Shown piece by piece: positions 40,830 through 50,951 of a stretch of 64,000 nucleotides of DNA. A model generated the notes under the pieces. The model was not told the DNA's origin and searched no databases. It worked only from the letters and a program-made list of their open reading frames with translations. Position numbers and translations under genes: made by a program. Numbering within the stretch: the first letter of the stretch is position 1; each line of letters starts with the position of its first letter. This stretch comes from Limnothrix sp. BL-A-16 (GTDB lineage Bacteria; Cyanobacteriota; Cyanobacteriia; CACIAM-69d), in the NCBI GenBank assembly GCA_041937175.2, contig CP166615.1:2656001-2720000 (forward strand), written 5' to 3'.

Positions 40830-42332
40830 TTAGTCCATTTCCACCTGTAAAACGTTGGCAATCGCCTGTTGGGAATCGGTTTTGAACTCTCGCACGTTCA
40901 CCCACCACAACAGCCCGATCGCGATCGCCATCATCAACGCTTCCACCGCAAACACCGTAATGAAGCCATAGATCGGTTGCCCAAACAGCGCCAGCCCAAC
41001 CCGTTGGTAAATTAAGCCACCCAACCAGGTAGACAGGGCCTTAGCCAAGGCCTGAGCCAAACCCCAAGCCCCAATGAACGTGCCGGCCGTTTCCGCCGCC
41101 GTTAGATCTAACATCAGGGTCAAGGCCCCGGTGGTGACAACGCCCGAGGTGAGGCCAAAAATGCCCACGGCCGCTTGCAAAGCGGTGGGATTCGCCCCGA
41201 TCGCCCCGGGATTGGGATTGCTGGAAAATCCCGCCAAGATGATTAGCCCCAGCGCCGCGATCGTTAGCAAACAACCGAGCTTTGTGGTGCGCTGTTTGCC
41301 CAAGCGGGGAATGAGACCAAAGCCCGTGGCCACCAACCCCAAGAGGGTTCCCGTGCCAAAGAATGCATTCAAGCTCGTGGTAGCCGAAGGGGGCATGTTG
41401 AACACTTCACCGCCGTAGTTTTCGAGAACGGCTTCTTGCAAAAACAGGCCCAAGGTCATGGCCAGCAAGAATGCGAAAAAGATGCCCGTTTGCCGACTGG
41501 CGGTCAAAATTCGCAGGGCCCGCCCGAGGGTAATTTGGTCTTCCCGTTCCGCCAAGTGCGATCGCAGGCCATAGCGCGAAAACCGTTTTTCCACACCCCA
41601 GGTGGCCACAAAGGCCAACCCAACCACAGTCGCGGGCACGATGATGAACAGTTGGTTCAAGGCCCCTTGCAAAGCGGCGAGGCTGTTGGCCGCTTCGGCC
41701 CGTTTCAGGAGAATCGAAGTCAGGATGGCTCCGATGATGATCCCCACCATCAGCATTGACCAAACCACACCCACCAGGCGCGATCGATCATCTTCGTCTG
41801 ACACATCCACCAACAAAGCCGCAAAGGGTGTGGAACTGGCACTGATGGAGAGGCCATAGCCCGCAAACAGCAACCCAAGGGCGATCGTCCAGAGGCCCGT
41901 GGTTCCCTCCCAAGACCAACCGCCCGCCTGCGCCACGGCCGCGCCCAATTGCCACATCACCTGCACAATCAAAAACGAGAGCACCGCAAAACACATGGCC
42001 CCCAGCCAGACATAGCCCGATCGATGCAATCGGAACAGGGGCTTGGCATCGGACAGTTGCCCAAACCAAACACGGGCGGGCGCAATGAACTGGTGCAGGG
42101 CGATCGCCCCCGCCGCCACATCCAGGGGAATGGCCAACTCATTGCCCATTACCCGGTTCAGCAGCCCCAAGGTCAGCACCGACATCATGCCCAGACCCAT
42201 TTGAAACAGGCCCAAACGCAACATCACCGGCAGGGAAAGCTTAGGGGGCTGTTGGGGCAAGTCATGGTGCGGGGGCAACTCCAATGGAGGAGACAACGGA
42301 TTCAAAGTTGATTCGGGAGACTCTGGAGGCAT
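40830..42332 (-). CDS. BCD-family (PucC-like) MFS transporter
   Basis: RLGLFQMGLGMMSVLTLGLLNRVM, APARVWFGQLSD, TPFAALLVD, MLDLT..ETAGTFIGAWGLAQA. Start moved to ATG 42332. Confidence 0.9.
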   Translation of the reverse strand: MPPESPESTLNPLSPPLELPPHHDLPQQPPKLSLPVMLRLGLFQMGLGMMSVLTLGLLNRVMGNELAIPLDVAAGAIALHQFIAPARVWFGQLSDAKPLFRLHRSGYVWLGAMCFAVLSFLIVQVMWQLGAAVAQAGGWSWEGTTGLWTIALGLLFAGYGLSISASSTPFAALLVDVSDEDDRSRLVGVVWSMLMVGIIIGAILTSILLKRAEAANSLAALQGALNQLFIIVPATVVGLAFVATWGVEKRFSRYGLRSHLAEREDQITLGRALRILTASRQTGIFFAFLLAMTLGLFLQEAVLENYGGEVFNMPPSATTSLNAFFGTGTLLGLVATGFGLIPRLGKQRTTKLGCLLTIAALGLIILAGFSSNPNPGAIGANPTALQAAVGIFGLTSGVVTTGALTLMLDLTAAETAGTFIGAWGLAQALAKALSTWLGGLIYQRVGLALFGQPIYGFITVFAVEALMMAIAIGLLWWVNVREFKTDSQQAIANVLQVEMD

Positions 42333-42425
42333 GGTGCTAGGAGGAACAGAAAATTCAAAGATAGATGGGGATCGTAGCTGGAGAGCTGTGATTCGGATTC
42401 GTGAGCCTCTGATCCTGCCGTCGCG

Positions 42426-42517
42426 AGATCCTAGGGAGCAACGCCAGATCCTAGGGAGCAACGCCAGATCCTAGGGAGCAAGGTCAGATCCTAGGGAGCA
42501 ACGCCAGATCCTAGGGA
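42426..42517 (+). repeat. 20-bp tandem repeat (AGATCCTAGGGAGCAACGCC) x4.6
   Basis: Units start at 42426, 42446, 42466 (variant), 42486; partial unit at 42506. Confidence 0.95.
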
Positions 42518-42538
42518 CAAGGGGCTTAAGCCCCTTGT
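42517..42538. repeat. Stand-alone REP-like palindrome ACAAGGGGCTTAAGCCCCTTGT
   Basis: Perfect 22-bp palindrome, identical to the MITE core at 22481-22502. Confidence 0.9.
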
Positions 42539-42615
42539 TTGAAGCGGTTAGGCTAGGAAAATTAGCCATTTTCGCCTCAATCGATCGAATTCGATGACAA
42601 GCCCTGACTCCTGGG

Positions 42616-42655
42616 TTGGATCTGGGTTGAAATTTTTGGATCTGGGTTGAAATTT
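42616..42655 (+). repeat. 20-bp tandem duplication TTGGATCTGGGTTGAAATTT x2
   Basis: Read directly. Confidence 0.9.
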
Positions 42656-42894
42656 AAGCTGGTTGATAAAAGGTTTTGACCCAAATTTTGCGGCCGATTC
42701 GCCGGGGGCGATCGCTCTCCAATTTTAAAAGGCACACCGGAACTTCCCCTTCAGTCCCGAAATCCTGACGGAATTTTGGGGAATGTCCAAATTTCTTGAA
42801 GAATAAATCCTTATAATTGGTTCACAGAAATTAATGTTTTGTCTAAAATTTCTCATCAACTCCAGCCCAAACCTTTAGAGAACGAGATCCAACC

Positions 42895-43230
42895 ATGACC
42901 GGATTCATTCGTGGCCTGTTCGGCGGCAACAAAAAAGAAGAAGCACCCGCGCCCCAACCCGCTCGCCAAAAGGAAACCCAGGATTTCTTCTTGGATTTTG
43001 ACAGTGCTCGCACCTTCGGGGACATTGAGCGGATGCGCAAGGAAGTGGAAGTCCACAAGACTTTCCCCAAGGGAACTACGCCCGTTGAACAACCGGCCAA
43101 ACCCAAGGCCAAGGCTGCGGAACCCACCAGCAGCGCTCCGGCCAGCACGGCCGGCGAAACCCTGGAACGCCGCAAGGCTGATCGCAACTTGGATGCGTTC
43201 CGCAGCATGGCTAAAGACCTGAAAAAATAG
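42895..43230 (+). CDS. Small hypothetical protein
   Basis: MTGFIRGLFGG...FFLDFDSARTFGDIERMRK...RRKADRNLDAFRSMAKDL; plausible codon usage and a downstream hairpin. Confidence 0.75.
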   Translation: MTGFIRGLFGGNKKEEAPAPQPARQKETQDFFLDFDSARTFGDIERMRKEVEVHKTFPKGTTPVEQPAKPKAKAAEPTSSAPASTAGETLERRKADRNLDAFRSMAKDLKK

Positions 43231-43278
43231 GCGGGGTCTCAAAACTGGGATCGCAAAACGAATCCAGTCGATCGCCAC

Positions 43279-43312
43279 GGGAGGGAGAGCAATGTTGAGT
43301 TGTTCTCCCTCC
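43279..43312 (+). terminator. Hairpin after the 42895 ORF
   Basis: GGAGGGAGAGCAA-TGTTGAG-TTGTTCTCCCTCC; a 16-bp tandem duplication follows at 43321-43352. Confidence 0.6.
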
Positions 43313-43535
43313 TGTGTGTTGATGGGTTCTGATGTGGATGGGTTCTGATGTGGCTTAACGCTGGCTGGTTAGTTCCGGCGGTGATTGATTCTTGTGCTGG
43401 TTCATTTTGCGAGCGATCTCTGGGCAGTTAAGCTGTTGATTGCCACTTCAAGCTAGGGCGATCGCACCGCTGATGGCTTTGAAGGGTGGCTGCCCGGTGC
43501 AAACTCCTGATCAACGAGACAACGAGATCTGGCCT

Positions 43536-45065
43536 ATGACCTACTTGCGGACTGACGACCCATCCTCCCAGCGGCCGAAAATTAGTCCCGGTCGGTTACG
43601 GGAAATTCAGGAAGAGGCTGAACGGCTGCAATGGTTGCTGGCCTCGCTGCTGGTGTTGCCGGGAGTGTTGGATAACGAGGTGGGCAAGGCGTTTGCACAG
43701 TTTTTGGGGACGGTGCTGGAGCGGTCGCGCGATGCGACGGATATTACGTTGGCCTATGGGCGCTGGTTTCGGGCGCTGATGACGGCGGGCCAAAGCTGGG
43801 GTGATTATTTGCTCGATCGCCTGGTGACGGTGGACACGGTGTTGGCTCCGGTGCTCAAAGGCAAGACGATCGAGCAATTGCCCTCGGCCACGATCGCGGC
43901 GATCGACCATGATTTACGAGCATTTCAGCAACTGTGGCAGTTTGAGCCGGCCTTGGCTTGTCAGTGGGCCCAGGAGTTGGCGGGTGGGGCGATCGAGCTA
44001 GTGGCCTGGAGTGGGCCCGGTGCTGACTCGGAAACGAAATCCGATTCATCTGATTCATCTGATTCATCTGATCAAGCCGCACCTGATCAATTGGATACGC
44101 CTGATCTCGTTAATCAACAAGATCAACAGGATCAATCTGACGCATCTGATCAACAGGAAACCAAACCCAATCCCAAAGCCGCACTCCGGGCGCAGTTGCG
44201 CAACCTGGATGACTGGGCAACAGCCACACCAGCTTTGGTGCGTTATTTGGCAGCGGCCGATCGGGGACAGTTCAGCGAGTCCCGAGCTTTTCGTTGGCGA
44301 TCGGGGCAGCTTGTGTCGGTGACCCATCCTGACCCGATCGACCTGCCCGACCTGGCCGGCTATGACGGCCCCAAGGCGCAACTGATTCAAAACACGGAAT
44401 TTCTGTTGGCCGGTCACCGGGCGCTAAACGTGTTGCTGTATGGGGCACGGGGCACGGGGAAATCATCCCTCGTGAAGGCGCTGCTGTCGGCCTATGGCGA
44501 TCGGGGGCTGCGATTGGTGGAGGTGGCCAAGCAAGAGCTGGATCATCTGCCGGAGATTGTGGACTTGCTGCGGAGCGCGTCCCAAAAATTCATCTTATTT
44601 GTGGATGATTTGTCCTTTGAGGAGGATGACGAGGCCTTCAAGGCACTGAAGGTTTGCCTGGAGGGCGGCATCACGGAGCGGCCAAAGAATGTGGTGGTCT
44701 ATGCCACATCAAACCGACGACATTTGGTGCGGGAATATTTTGCCGATCGCCCCCGGCCCAGCGATGCGGATGAGGTGCAGTCCTGGGATACGGTGCAGGA
44801 AAAGCTCTCCTTTGCCGATCGCTTTGGCCTGACGTTGACCTTTGAGGCGGCCGACCAAGACACCTATTTAGAAATCGTGAATCATTTGGCTGATTTAGCC
44901 AATCTCGGGATTGATCGGGCAGAATTGCGGTTTCGAGCTTTGCAGTGGGCCACGCGCCACAATGGGCGATCGGGTCGCACGGCTCGCCAGTTCATCGACT
45001 TCCTCACTGCTGAGCAGGCCTTGGCGGCCAAGGCCACTCCCAGCACTGAGGCTGCGGAAGCTTGA
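43536..45065 (+). CDS. DUF815-family AAA+ ATPase
   Basis: NVLLYGARGTGKSSLVKA, FILFVDDLSFE, YATSNRRHL, EKLSFADRFGL, RSGRTARQF. Confidence 0.88.
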   Translation: MTYLRTDDPSSQRPKISPGRLREIQEEAERLQWLLASLLVLPGVLDNEVGKAFAQFLGTVLERSRDATDITLAYGRWFRALMTAGQSWGDYLLDRLVTVDTVLAPVLKGKTIEQLPSATIAAIDHDLRAFQQLWQFEPALACQWAQELAGGAIELVAWSGPGADSETKSDSSDSSDSSDQAAPDQLDTPDLVNQQDQQDQSDASDQQETKPNPKAALRAQLRNLDDWATATPALVRYLAAADRGQFSESRAFRWRSGQLVSVTHPDPIDLPDLAGYDGPKAQLIQNTEFLLAGHRALNVLLYGARGTGKSSLVKALLSAYGDRGLRLVEVAKQELDHLPEIVDLLRSASQKFILFVDDLSFEEDDEAFKALKVCLEGGITERPKNVVVYATSNRRHLVREYFADRPRPSDADEVQSWDTVQEKLSFADRFGLTLTFEAADQDTYLEIVNHLADLANLGIDRAELRFRALQWATRHNGRSGRTARQFIDFLTAEQALAAKATPSTEAAEA

Positions 45066-45117
45066 TGGCGCTCATGGCTCTGGGTTCACCGTTGATGTTG
45101 ATTTGGACGAGCCAACT

Positions 45118-45921
45118 ATGCATGGGCCCATTCCGGAACACCGCTTTTTTGCTTATCTAACTTGGCAAGAGATCGCGACCTTGCCCGATCGGGAGCGGGC
45201 CGTGGTGATTTTGCCGGTGGGGGCGATCGAGCAACATGGGCCCCACTTGCCCCTGAATGTGGACAGCGCGATCGTGAACGGAATTCTCGGGCGATCGCTC
45301 CAATGGCTCGATCAACAACGGCCCGACGTGGTGGCCTATGCCCTGCCACCGTTGTTCTACGGCAAATCCAACGAACATCTGGCGCTGCCGGGAACCATTT
45401 CCCTCAGCGCCACCACGCTCCTGTCCTTGGTGATGGACATTGGCCACAGCCTCTATCGATCGGGCTTTCGGAAGTTGCTGTTGCTGAATGGCCATGGGGG
45501 ACAGCCCCAGGTGTTGGATGTTGCCGCCACGGATCTCCATGAGCGATATCCCGACTTTTGGACCTATTCCTGTTTTGTGTGGCGATCGGCCAATTACAAA
45601 CCCCTGTTGAACCCGGCGGAAACCCTGGGAATGCACGCGGGTGATGCGGAAACCTGCGTGATGTTGGCCCTTGATCCCGATCGGGTGCGGATGCAACGGG
45701 CCCAGGCAGAGATGCCCCTGATCCATCCGGGCAAGCGACTGGGGCCCAAGGGAGCCTTAACCTACGCCTGGACAATTCAAGATCTGAGCCAAAGTGGCGT
45801 GATTGGTGACCCAACGGCGGCGGCGGCCGATCGGGGCGAACAGATTATTGAACTGCTCGCCCGCAACTGGGCTGAGATCCTGGCCGAAATCTACGACTAC
45901 TACCCGATCGCCCAGCCCTAG
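45118..45921 (+). CDS. Creatininase family protein
   Basis: LPVGAIEQHGPHLP...D, GKSNEH...PGT, NGHGG, HAGDAET, SGVIGDP. Confidence 0.9.
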   Translation: MHGPIPEHRFFAYLTWQEIATLPDRERAVVILPVGAIEQHGPHLPLNVDSAIVNGILGRSLQWLDQQRPDVVAYALPPLFYGKSNEHLALPGTISLSATTLLSLVMDIGHSLYRSGFRKLLLLNGHGGQPQVLDVAATDLHERYPDFWTYSCFVWRSANYKPLLNPAETLGMHAGDAETCVMLALDPDRVRMQRAQAEMPLIHPGKRLGPKGALTYAWTIQDLSQSGVIGDPTAAAADRGEQIIELLARNWAEILAEIYDYYPIAQP

Positions 45922-47516
45922 CCCAGGATGGCCCAACTGTTGAAACTACTGGACAAGTTGGCAGGCGCATTGGGGAAGGTAGCGATCGTTTGCACGCCGG
46001 ATCCGTTGTTGAACTGCAACGCTACCCCCGTACCGCTACTGACAAAGGCAAACCCGCCCCGCTCCGGATCCACCGAAAACACCCGCAGGGTCGTAATTCC
46101 CCCAAATCCGGTGCTCCGAATCACCAATTTGTCCAACGTGGGGTCAAAGTCCGTCAGCACATCACCCCCTTCAGCGGGCGTGTTGTAAATAAAGAAATCG
46201 CTGCCCCCCGTGGCCAGCAACGTATCAGACCCCACGCCCCCTTCCATGGAGTCATTGCCCTCGCCGCCATCAATCAAATCGTTGCCGCCACTGCCCTTCA
46301 GCAAATCTGCACCGCCCAAACCAGTGATCGTATCGTTGCCATCTAGCGCATCGATCGTGTCATCCCCAAACGTGCCTTGAATATTGTCATTGCCGGTGGA
46401 GGGCTGGGTGGAACCGGTGCTGCCCGTGCCGCCCGTGCTGCCGCTCACGCCGCCCGTGGTGGTATCTGTGCCCACGGGGGTGAGGAAACTGAGGCGTTGA
46501 CTATTCTTCACGATCGCAATCAGCCGCTCCGTGTTGTTGGTATCCACCAACGTCAGGAACGTATCGGCCGCATTCAGCCCCGTTCCCGGAACCACCACCA
46601 CCCGCGAGGCAATGTTGCCCTCGAACCCAATCAGGTCTTGGGTGAAGTCATAGTCAGCAATGATGTCAACGCCGCCTGCTTGTCCTGACACGATGAAGGT
46701 ATCGCCGCCATTGCCCCCAATCAGGGTGTTGCTGCCCTGGTTGCCGTACAGGGTGTCGTTGCCGTTATCCCCGGACAGGCGATCGTCTCCGGTACCGCCG
46801 AAGATCACATCTTCGTTTTCGCCGCCGTTGATCGTATCCGCATCGCCGTTGCCGTTGAGGGTGTCGCTGCCTTCGCCGCCGTTGATGATGTCAAGGTCGC
46901 GGCCGCCCAGAATCAGATCAGCACCGCTGTCACCATTGAGATCATCGTTACCATCGCCGCCATTGATGGTGTCGGCTTCCCGGCCGCCAAAGACAACATC
47001 ATCTCCTCGACTGCCATCGATTCGATCGTTCCCTTGGCTGCCAAAAATCAGGTCATTGCCTTGGCCACCAAAGATCACATCGTTGCCCAAATCTCCGAAC
47101 AGGATGTCTTCGCCCTCGTTGCCTTGCAGCAGGTCATCGCCCTGGCCACCGTAGAGGGTATCGGCTCCCACGTCGCCCCATAGGGTGTCGTTCCCTTGGC
47201 TGCCTCGCAGGATGTCGGGATCTTGGCCACCGAAGAGCAGATCGTTGCCATCGTTCCCATCCAGCAAATCGTTATCTTCGTTGCCGTAAAGGGTGTCGTT
47301 TCCCTTGCCGCCAAAGAGTTGGTCGCTGCCAAACCCCCCTTGCAGGAAGTCGTTGCCGTCGTTGCCATTGAGAATGTCGTTGTCGCGGCCCCCTTGGAGG
47401 GCATCGTTACCGGCTAAGCCAATGAGGGTGTCGCTCCCTTCGTTGCCAAACATTTGGTCGTTGTCATTGGTTCCGGTGAGGAGGTTGGGAAGGTTGTTAC
47501 CGTTAATGATGGCCAT
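45918..47516 (-). CDS. RTX/hemolysin-type calcium-binding repeat protein
   Basis: About 30 GGxGxDxLx nonapeptides, a G/S/T-rich linker and a second short RTX block; no N-terminal signal peptide. Confidence 0.92.
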   Translation of the reverse strand: MAIINGNNLPNLLTGTNDNDQMFGNEGSDTLIGLAGNDALQGGRDNDILNGNDGNDFLQGGFGSDQLFGGKGNDTLYGNEDNDLLDGNDGNDLLFGGQDPDILRGSQGNDTLWGDVGADTLYGGQGDDLLQGNEGEDILFGDLGNDVIFGGQGNDLIFGSQGNDRIDGSRGDDVVFGGREADTINGGDGNDDLNGDSGADLILGGRDLDIINGGEGSDTLNGNGDADTINGGENEDVIFGGTGDDRLSGDNGNDTLYGNQGSNTLIGGNGGDTFIVSGQAGGVDIIADYDFTQDLIGFEGNIASRVVVVPGTGLNAADTFLTLVDTNNTERLIAIVKNSQRLSFLTPVGTDTTTGGVSGSTGGTGSTGSTQPSTGNDNIQGTFGDDTIDALDGNDTITGLGGADLLKGSGGNDLIDGGEGNDSMEGGVGSDTLLATGGSDFFIYNTPAEGGDVLTDFDPTLDKLVIRSTGFGGITTLRVFSVDPERGGFAFVSSGTGVALQFNNGSGVQTIATFPNAPANLSSSFNSWAILG

Positions 47517-47943
47517 GGGGCGCTCCAAGGTGGGCTACAGTCCTGCGGGCGAACCGATGCGTGAGAAGGCTGAAGATGGGGTGATGGTGGGTGTGGCTCG
47601 CGCGAATCGATGATGGTCGATTTGTTCTGGGGTTGTCAAATGGGGGATGTGCCGGAAATGGCGGGTTTTGGGCGGGTGCGAAGCGGAGAACTTGGGCAAG
47701 TGGGGTCAGGAATTGGCTGGGATCCCTGGGGCGATCGGGAGGGGGCAAACCCGATTGTTAACATAGGCTTGCGTGGGGTGACCCCGCACGGCGTTGGGGT
47801 GGGGTGGTTCAGGAAATCCGGAAGGGACGGGGCGATCGATCAGTTCGGTCAAAGCAGCCCAGGGCCGATCGGCCCCAGTCGTTTGCGTCCTAGATTCCCA
47901 ATCTGAGCGGTATTGCAGCGCACAAAGCAGAGGTTTTTGATTC

Positions 47944-49416
47944 ATGAGTCAATCGTTGAGAGCGGCGGCGGCCAACCCGATCAAGTTTGGAACGGATGGT
48001 TGGCGGGGGGTGATTGCGGCGGACTTCACGATCGAGCGGGTGGCCCGGGTGGCCCCGCTGGCGGCGGAAGCCTTGGCCCAGGAGTTTGGGGCTAGCACCG
48101 GCAGCCGCACCATTTTGGTGGGCTATGATCGCCGGTTCATGGCTGAAGATTTTGCGCGGGTGGCCGCTGAAGCCATCCAGGCGATCGGCTATCGGGTGAA
48201 GCTGTCGGACTGCTATGCCCCCACGCCGGTCTTTAGCTGGATTGCCCACCATGAACAGGCCCTGGGGGCGATCGTCCTGACGGCCAGCCACAATCCTGGC
48301 CGCTATTTGGGTCTGAAGGTAAAAGGAGCCTTTGGGGGTTCCGTATCGCCGGAGGTGACCCAAAAGATTGAGACGATGTTGGCGGCCGAAACGGTTCCGG
48401 CCGAGGTGGAGCATCCGGAGCCGATCGAGTCGTTTAATCCTTGGGAAAGCGGCTACTGTGAAGCGTTGCGGCAGTTTGTTGATCTTGCTGCCATCCGAGC
48501 TGCCATTGCCGATGGCAAGCTAGCGGTGTTTGTGGATGCGATGCATGGCGCTTCGGCCGGCGGTCTCAGCAAGGTGCTGGATGTTGCCGTGCAGGAGCTG
48601 AACACCAATCGCGATCCGCTGTTTGAAGGGGGCGCACCGGAACCGTTGCCCAAATACACCACCCGCTCGATCGCCCAAATTCGCGACCACCAACAGGCCC
48701 ATCCCGACCAGTTGGCCGTGGGGTTGGTCTTTGATGGCGATTGCGATCGGATCGCCGCGATCGATGGGTCTGGGGAATTTCTCACCTCCCAGATCTTGAT
48801 CCCGATTTTGATTCAGCACCTAGCCGTGGTGCGCGGGCAAACCGGCGAAGTGGTTAAAACCGTCAGCGGCTCCGACCTAATGCCCAAGGTGGCGGAACTG
48901 TATCAATTGCCGGTTCATGAAACCGCCGTGGGCTACAAATACATCGCCGATCGCATGTTGAGCGTGCCGGTGTTGATTGGGGGCGAAGAGTCCGGCGGCG
49001 TGGGCTATGGCAACCACATTCCCGAACGGGACGCGCTGCTCTCGGCTCTGTATGTGTTGGAAGCCGTTGTGAAAGCGGGCAAAAGCTTGAACGAACTTTA
49101 CGGGGACTTGCAAACCAAAACCAATTTTTTCAATGCCTACGATCGCATTGATCTCGCCCTGGCCAGCATGGCCGCACGCGATCGGCTGTTGGGACAATTG
49201 CAAACCAACCCACCCCAAACGATCGCCGGGCAAGCGGTCACCGACTGCCAAACCACCGACGGCTACAAATTCCGCCTGACCAGTGGCGATTGGTTAATGG
49301 TGCGCTTCAGCGGCACGGAACCCGTGCTGCGGCTCTATTGCGAAGCCGTCACACTCGATCGAGTGCATGAAATTCTGGAATGGGCCCGCCAATGGGCCGA
49401 GGCTGCCGCCGCCTAG
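47944..49416 (+). CDS. Phosphoglucomutase/phosphomannomutase family protein
   Basis: FGTDGWRG, TASHNP, FDGDCDR, GEESGG, RFSGTEP. Confidence 0.95.
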   Translation: MSQSLRAAAANPIKFGTDGWRGVIAADFTIERVARVAPLAAEALAQEFGASTGSRTILVGYDRRFMAEDFARVAAEAIQAIGYRVKLSDCYAPTPVFSWIAHHEQALGAIVLTASHNPGRYLGLKVKGAFGGSVSPEVTQKIETMLAAETVPAEVEHPEPIESFNPWESGYCEALRQFVDLAAIRAAIADGKLAVFVDAMHGASAGGLSKVLDVAVQELNTNRDPLFEGGAPEPLPKYTTRSIAQIRDHQQAHPDQLAVGLVFDGDCDRIAAIDGSGEFLTSQILIPILIQHLAVVRGQTGEVVKTVSGSDLMPKVAELYQLPVHETAVGYKYIADRMLSVPVLIGGEESGGVGYGNHIPERDALLSALYVLEAVVKAGKSLNELYGDLQTKTNFFNAYDRIDLALASMAARDRLLGQLQTNPPQTIAGQAVTDCQTTDGYKFRLTSGDWLMVRFSGTEPVLRLYCEAVTLDRVHEILEWARQWAEAAAA

Positions 49417-49574
49417 GGTCTCTTGTCCCTCGCCAAACTTGCTGGACTTTGCTCACCTGGGCCGATCCCCGGGTGATTTTTTTGGGTGGTCATTGCCGCC
49501 CGTTGCCCTTTGCTAAACCACCCCCGATCGGGACAATTGGGAAGTTCTGTCCATTCTGAAATTTCTTTTTCGCC

Positions 49575-50144
49575 ATGCCCCGTTTAGTTGTTGCCACCGG
49601 AAACCCCGGCAAACTCAAAGAGCTACAGGCCTACTTGGATGATTTGGGCTGGGAGCTGGCCCTGAAGCCCCCGGAGCTAGAGATTGAAGAAACGGGCCAA
49701 ACCTTCCTCGAAAATGCCCGCCTAAAAGCCACCCAAGTGGCCCTGGCAACCGGCGAATGGGCGATCGCGGACGATTCTGGCCTGGCGATCGATGCCCTCA
49801 ATGGTGCGCCGGGTCTCTACTCCGCCCGCTATGGAGTCACCGACGCTGATCGGATCAACCGCGTTCTCACCGAACTGGCCAACCAGCCCGATCGCCGCGC
49901 CCAATTTGTCTGCGCGCTGGTGGTTGTGCGGCCCGATGGCACGGTGGCCGCCGAAGCCGAGGGCATTTGTCCCGGTGAAATTACCACAGCTCCCCGGGGA
50001 TCGCAGGGTTTTGGTTACGACCCCATTTTTCTGATGCCCGAGTTAGGCCTCACCTATGCGGAAATGTCTGCCAACCAAAAACATGAACTGAGCCACCGTG
50101 GCCGGGCGATCGCCCTGTTGCGGCCCCAACTGACGACCCTGTAA
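49575..50144 (+). CDS. rdgB: Non-canonical purine NTP pyrophosphatase (RdgB/HAM1)
   Basis: ATGNPGK, ADDSGL, APGLYSAR, GFGYDPIF, SHRGRA. Confidence 0.96.
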   Translation: MPRLVVATGNPGKLKELQAYLDDLGWELALKPPELEIEETGQTFLENARLKATQVALATGEWAIADDSGLAIDALNGAPGLYSARYGVTDADRINRVLTELANQPDRRAQFVCALVVVRPDGTVAAEAEGICPGEITTAPRGSQGFGYDPIFLMPELGLTYAEMSANQKHELSHRGRAIALLRPQLTTL

Positions 50145-50392
50145 CCCCTGCGCCAAGCCATCACCGCAACCTAGCCAGCAGCCTTCGTGCAGATCTTAGT
50201 CAAAACTGCAATGTTGCTTGATTTTGGTGCTGGTTCTGGTGCTGGTTCTGGTGCTGATACTGTGGCTAATTTCGGAACTAATCAAAGCGCTTGGAGTGAC
50301 ACCTAGACTGTCAGTGATCGCTGCCCTTTTTGGTCACGACAAACTGGGTGTCACCGCAATAGATTGCAAGGGCAAATTGCCACGATCAAGAC

Positions 50393-50821
50393 TTAGGGAC
50401 AGCTATTCACTAAATCGGGACGGCGTTGATCAAATTCATGCCAATAATCCTGAAACGCGGCTTGTGAGCGTTCACGAGCTTGGCTCAATCGATCGGAAGA
50501 GCGCCCATGTTGCTGAATATAGATCTTGGCGGCTTCGGCTCCTCGCAACCTGGCTTCCGCACCGGCCACGCCACAATCGCGTAAGACAGGATCAGACAAC
50601 CCAGCCGCCGCATTCAAAGACCGGCGATAGTTAATGATTGCAGTATCAAAATCTCCCTGCTGCTCCGCTTGGTAGCCCGCATTTTGAGGATGCTCCACGG
50701 CGGGGCCGTAGGGCGTGGTTCCCTGGGCTGTTTCAATGGTTAGGCCGATCGAACTGGTGATCGTTAAAGTCAGGGTACTGAGACCGATCGCCCAGCGTCT
50801 CGCAAACAAAAAAAGAGCCAC
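50393..50821 (-). CDS. Hypothetical exported protein with one TPR-like repeat
   Basis: GTG 50821 follows GGAGG; signal-peptide-like N-terminus ending AQG; GYQAEQQGDFDTAIINYRRSL; two Cys. Confidence 0.65.
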   Translation of the reverse strand: MALFLFARRWAIGLSTLTLTITSSIGLTIETAQGTTPYGPAVEHPQNAGYQAEQQGDFDTAIINYRRSLNAAAGLSDPVLRDCGVAGAEARLRGAEAAKIYIQQHGRSSDRLSQARERSQAAFQDYWHEFDQRRPDLVNSCP

Positions 50822-50843
50822 AAAACCTCCAATAGAAAAATTT

Positions 50844-50951
50844 AATTGAATCGACATTCAATTCACATTCAATTCAAATTGAATCGACATTCAATTCACA
50901 TTCAATTCAAATTGAATCGACATTCAGTTCACATTCAATTCAAATTGAATC
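50844..50951. repeat. 33-bp tandem repeat x3.3 made of 11-bp subunits
   Basis: AATTGAATCGACATTCAATTCACATTCAATTCA at 50844, 50877, 50910 (one substitution); partial at 50943. Confidence 0.95.

Noticed and set aside
42426..42517. Possible CRISPR array
   Set aside because: Contiguous tandem units with no unique spacers; no cas genes.
50218..50634. 138-aa ORF starting MILVLVLVLVLV
   Set aside because: The hydrophobic start comes from a 12-bp GGTGCTGGTTCT repeat, and it overlaps a better-supported minus-strand gene.
50844..50951. Possible CRISPR array (33-bp unit)
   Set aside because: No spacers; internal 11-bp substructure.
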